Shown here: positions 63,104 to 64,000 of the stretch, in pieces
Numbering within the stretch: position 1 is the stretch's first letter
Layout: every line of letters starts with the position of its first letter
Assembly: GCA_963706595.1 (NCBI GenBank)
Contig: OY970166.1
Span: 160,001-224,000 of the forward strand
DNA from: an uncultured cyanobacterium
GTDB taxonomy: Bacteria; Cyanobacteriota; Cyanobacteriia; Cyanobacteriales; Nostocaceae
Direction: 5' to 3'
Length of the DNA: 64,000 bases
Program-made: the position numbers and the translations under genes
The notes under the pieces: generated by a model
Seen by the model: the letters and a program-made list of their open reading frames with translations, nothing else
The model's database searches: none
Told to the model about the DNA's origin: nothing

Positions 63104-63473
63104 TATGGGTCACGTAATTTTCAACAAAAAGCGATTAGTTCAGCTAGGCAAACAGATATAAACAAACTGCAAATATTGCATAGTCTGCTCTGACTCACCG
63201 ATGGCGAATGTTGTAGGACAGCGATTTCATGCTGGCTTTTGCTGCAACTAAAGATGCCAAGGGGCTGAACTTAGGCATACGCTCACATAATAACTGATTA
63301 TGAGATTTTTCAAAGTATGAGATTTTACAATATTTAATAACATTAAATTAAACGTTCTTATATGTTTGCTGTTATACATTTTTTAGATTTATATAACAAG
63401 TTAAAATTGTCTCTATAAGTATTTTGCTCAATTAAGACAAGTTGATAGGCAAGAATAGTAAAGGCGTAATAAA

Positions 63474-63634
63474 TGTAGTGGACTGACAAGCCTAAAATAG
63501 TGCATAAGCATAAATATTCTGGGGTAAGCTCCTGGTCCCCCCAGAACAGGCAAGACTTGTACTGAGCTTGTCGAAGTATGCCTGTTCCACAAGAAAAACA
63601 TAATGCATCATTTTAGCCTTGTCACGCCACTACA
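63474..63634. mobile_element. MITE with 32-bp imperfect TIRs and nested small repeats
   Basis: 63474-63505 versus the reverse complement of 63603-63634 match at 27/32 positions. Confidence 0.8.
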
Positions 63635-63683
63635 GTTTTTCTTTGTTAATCTGGGTTAATCTATTTTGAAATGTGCCGAAATT

Positions 63684-63899
63684 TCAATCAATGGAAATTT
63701 GCTGTGGCCCGTTAGCTTTGCCATTGTGGCTATTGCTTGGGGTAGTATAACCAGTTGAGTTGATTTGTTTATCTAGCCAGCTTTTTACGGGGTCATCCTT
63801 GAGGTTGAGTCGCAGCACGCCAGAGAAAAATCCCCCCATAAATGAAACTGGGTGCTTGGTCAATTCTTTAAATATTGGCGACAATTCGTCAATGAACAT
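63684..63899 (-). CDS. Small hypothetical protein
   Basis: 71 aa, HPVSFMGGFFSGVLRL...DDPVKSWL; AGGAG RBS upstream. Confidence 0.75.
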   Translation of the reverse strand: MFIDELSPIFKELTKHPVSFMGGFFSGVLRLNLKDDPVKSWLDKQINSTGYTTPSNSHNGKANGPQQISID

Positions 63900-63945
63900 A
63901 TTTCAGCGTCTCCTGTTGTTTGAATTGATCCTAACCTGGAAAGTT

Positions 63946-63971
63946 GGAGACGCGATGAATCGCGTCTCTAC
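63946..63971. repeat. GTAG-type REP-like palindrome (minus orientation)
   Basis: gagacgcgatgaatcgcgtctctac; reverse complement matches the core of 4253-4276. Confidence 0.8.
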
Positions 63972-64000
63972 AAAGAAATGGGGAGAAAAAGAGGCCGGGG

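Overview
This window is chromosomal DNA from a heterocyst-forming (Nostocales-type) cyanobacterium, judged from frequent HIP1 octamers (GCGATCGC), heptamer STRR arrays and Nostoc-like gene order. The core content is pdhB, the ndhF4-ndhD4-cupB CO2-uptake operon divergent from the beta-carboxysome operon ccmK2K1LMNO plus cmpR, ccmK3/K4, cobB, a P-type ATPase, signalling genes and the fbp-tal-zwf-opcA operon. Two accessory blocks stand out. (1) At 15.0-19.0 kb, a P-loop ATPase is coupled to a TPR protein with six near-identical 126-bp repeats that vary mainly at predicted binding-face codons, followed by a PIN nuclease and a small partner. The block is bracketed by two copies of a 33-bp palindrome and is a candidate NLR-like defence module. 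(2) At 44.8-56.0 kb, a two-component system lies divergent from a glycosyltransferase x3 / ABC exporter / APH-like kinase / porin cluster of unknown product, with a clear operator-like motif between them. The ORF track misses several relics: a parA pseudogene, two IS200/IS605 remnants, a FimB-like recombinase fragment, a truncated PIN-like toxin and several nested MITE/REP elements. ccmM and an alpha/beta hydrolase each carry a single-base frameshift, possibly a sequencing error. No rRNA, tRNA or CRISPR array was seen. All family assignments are from motif recognition by eye; no searches were run.
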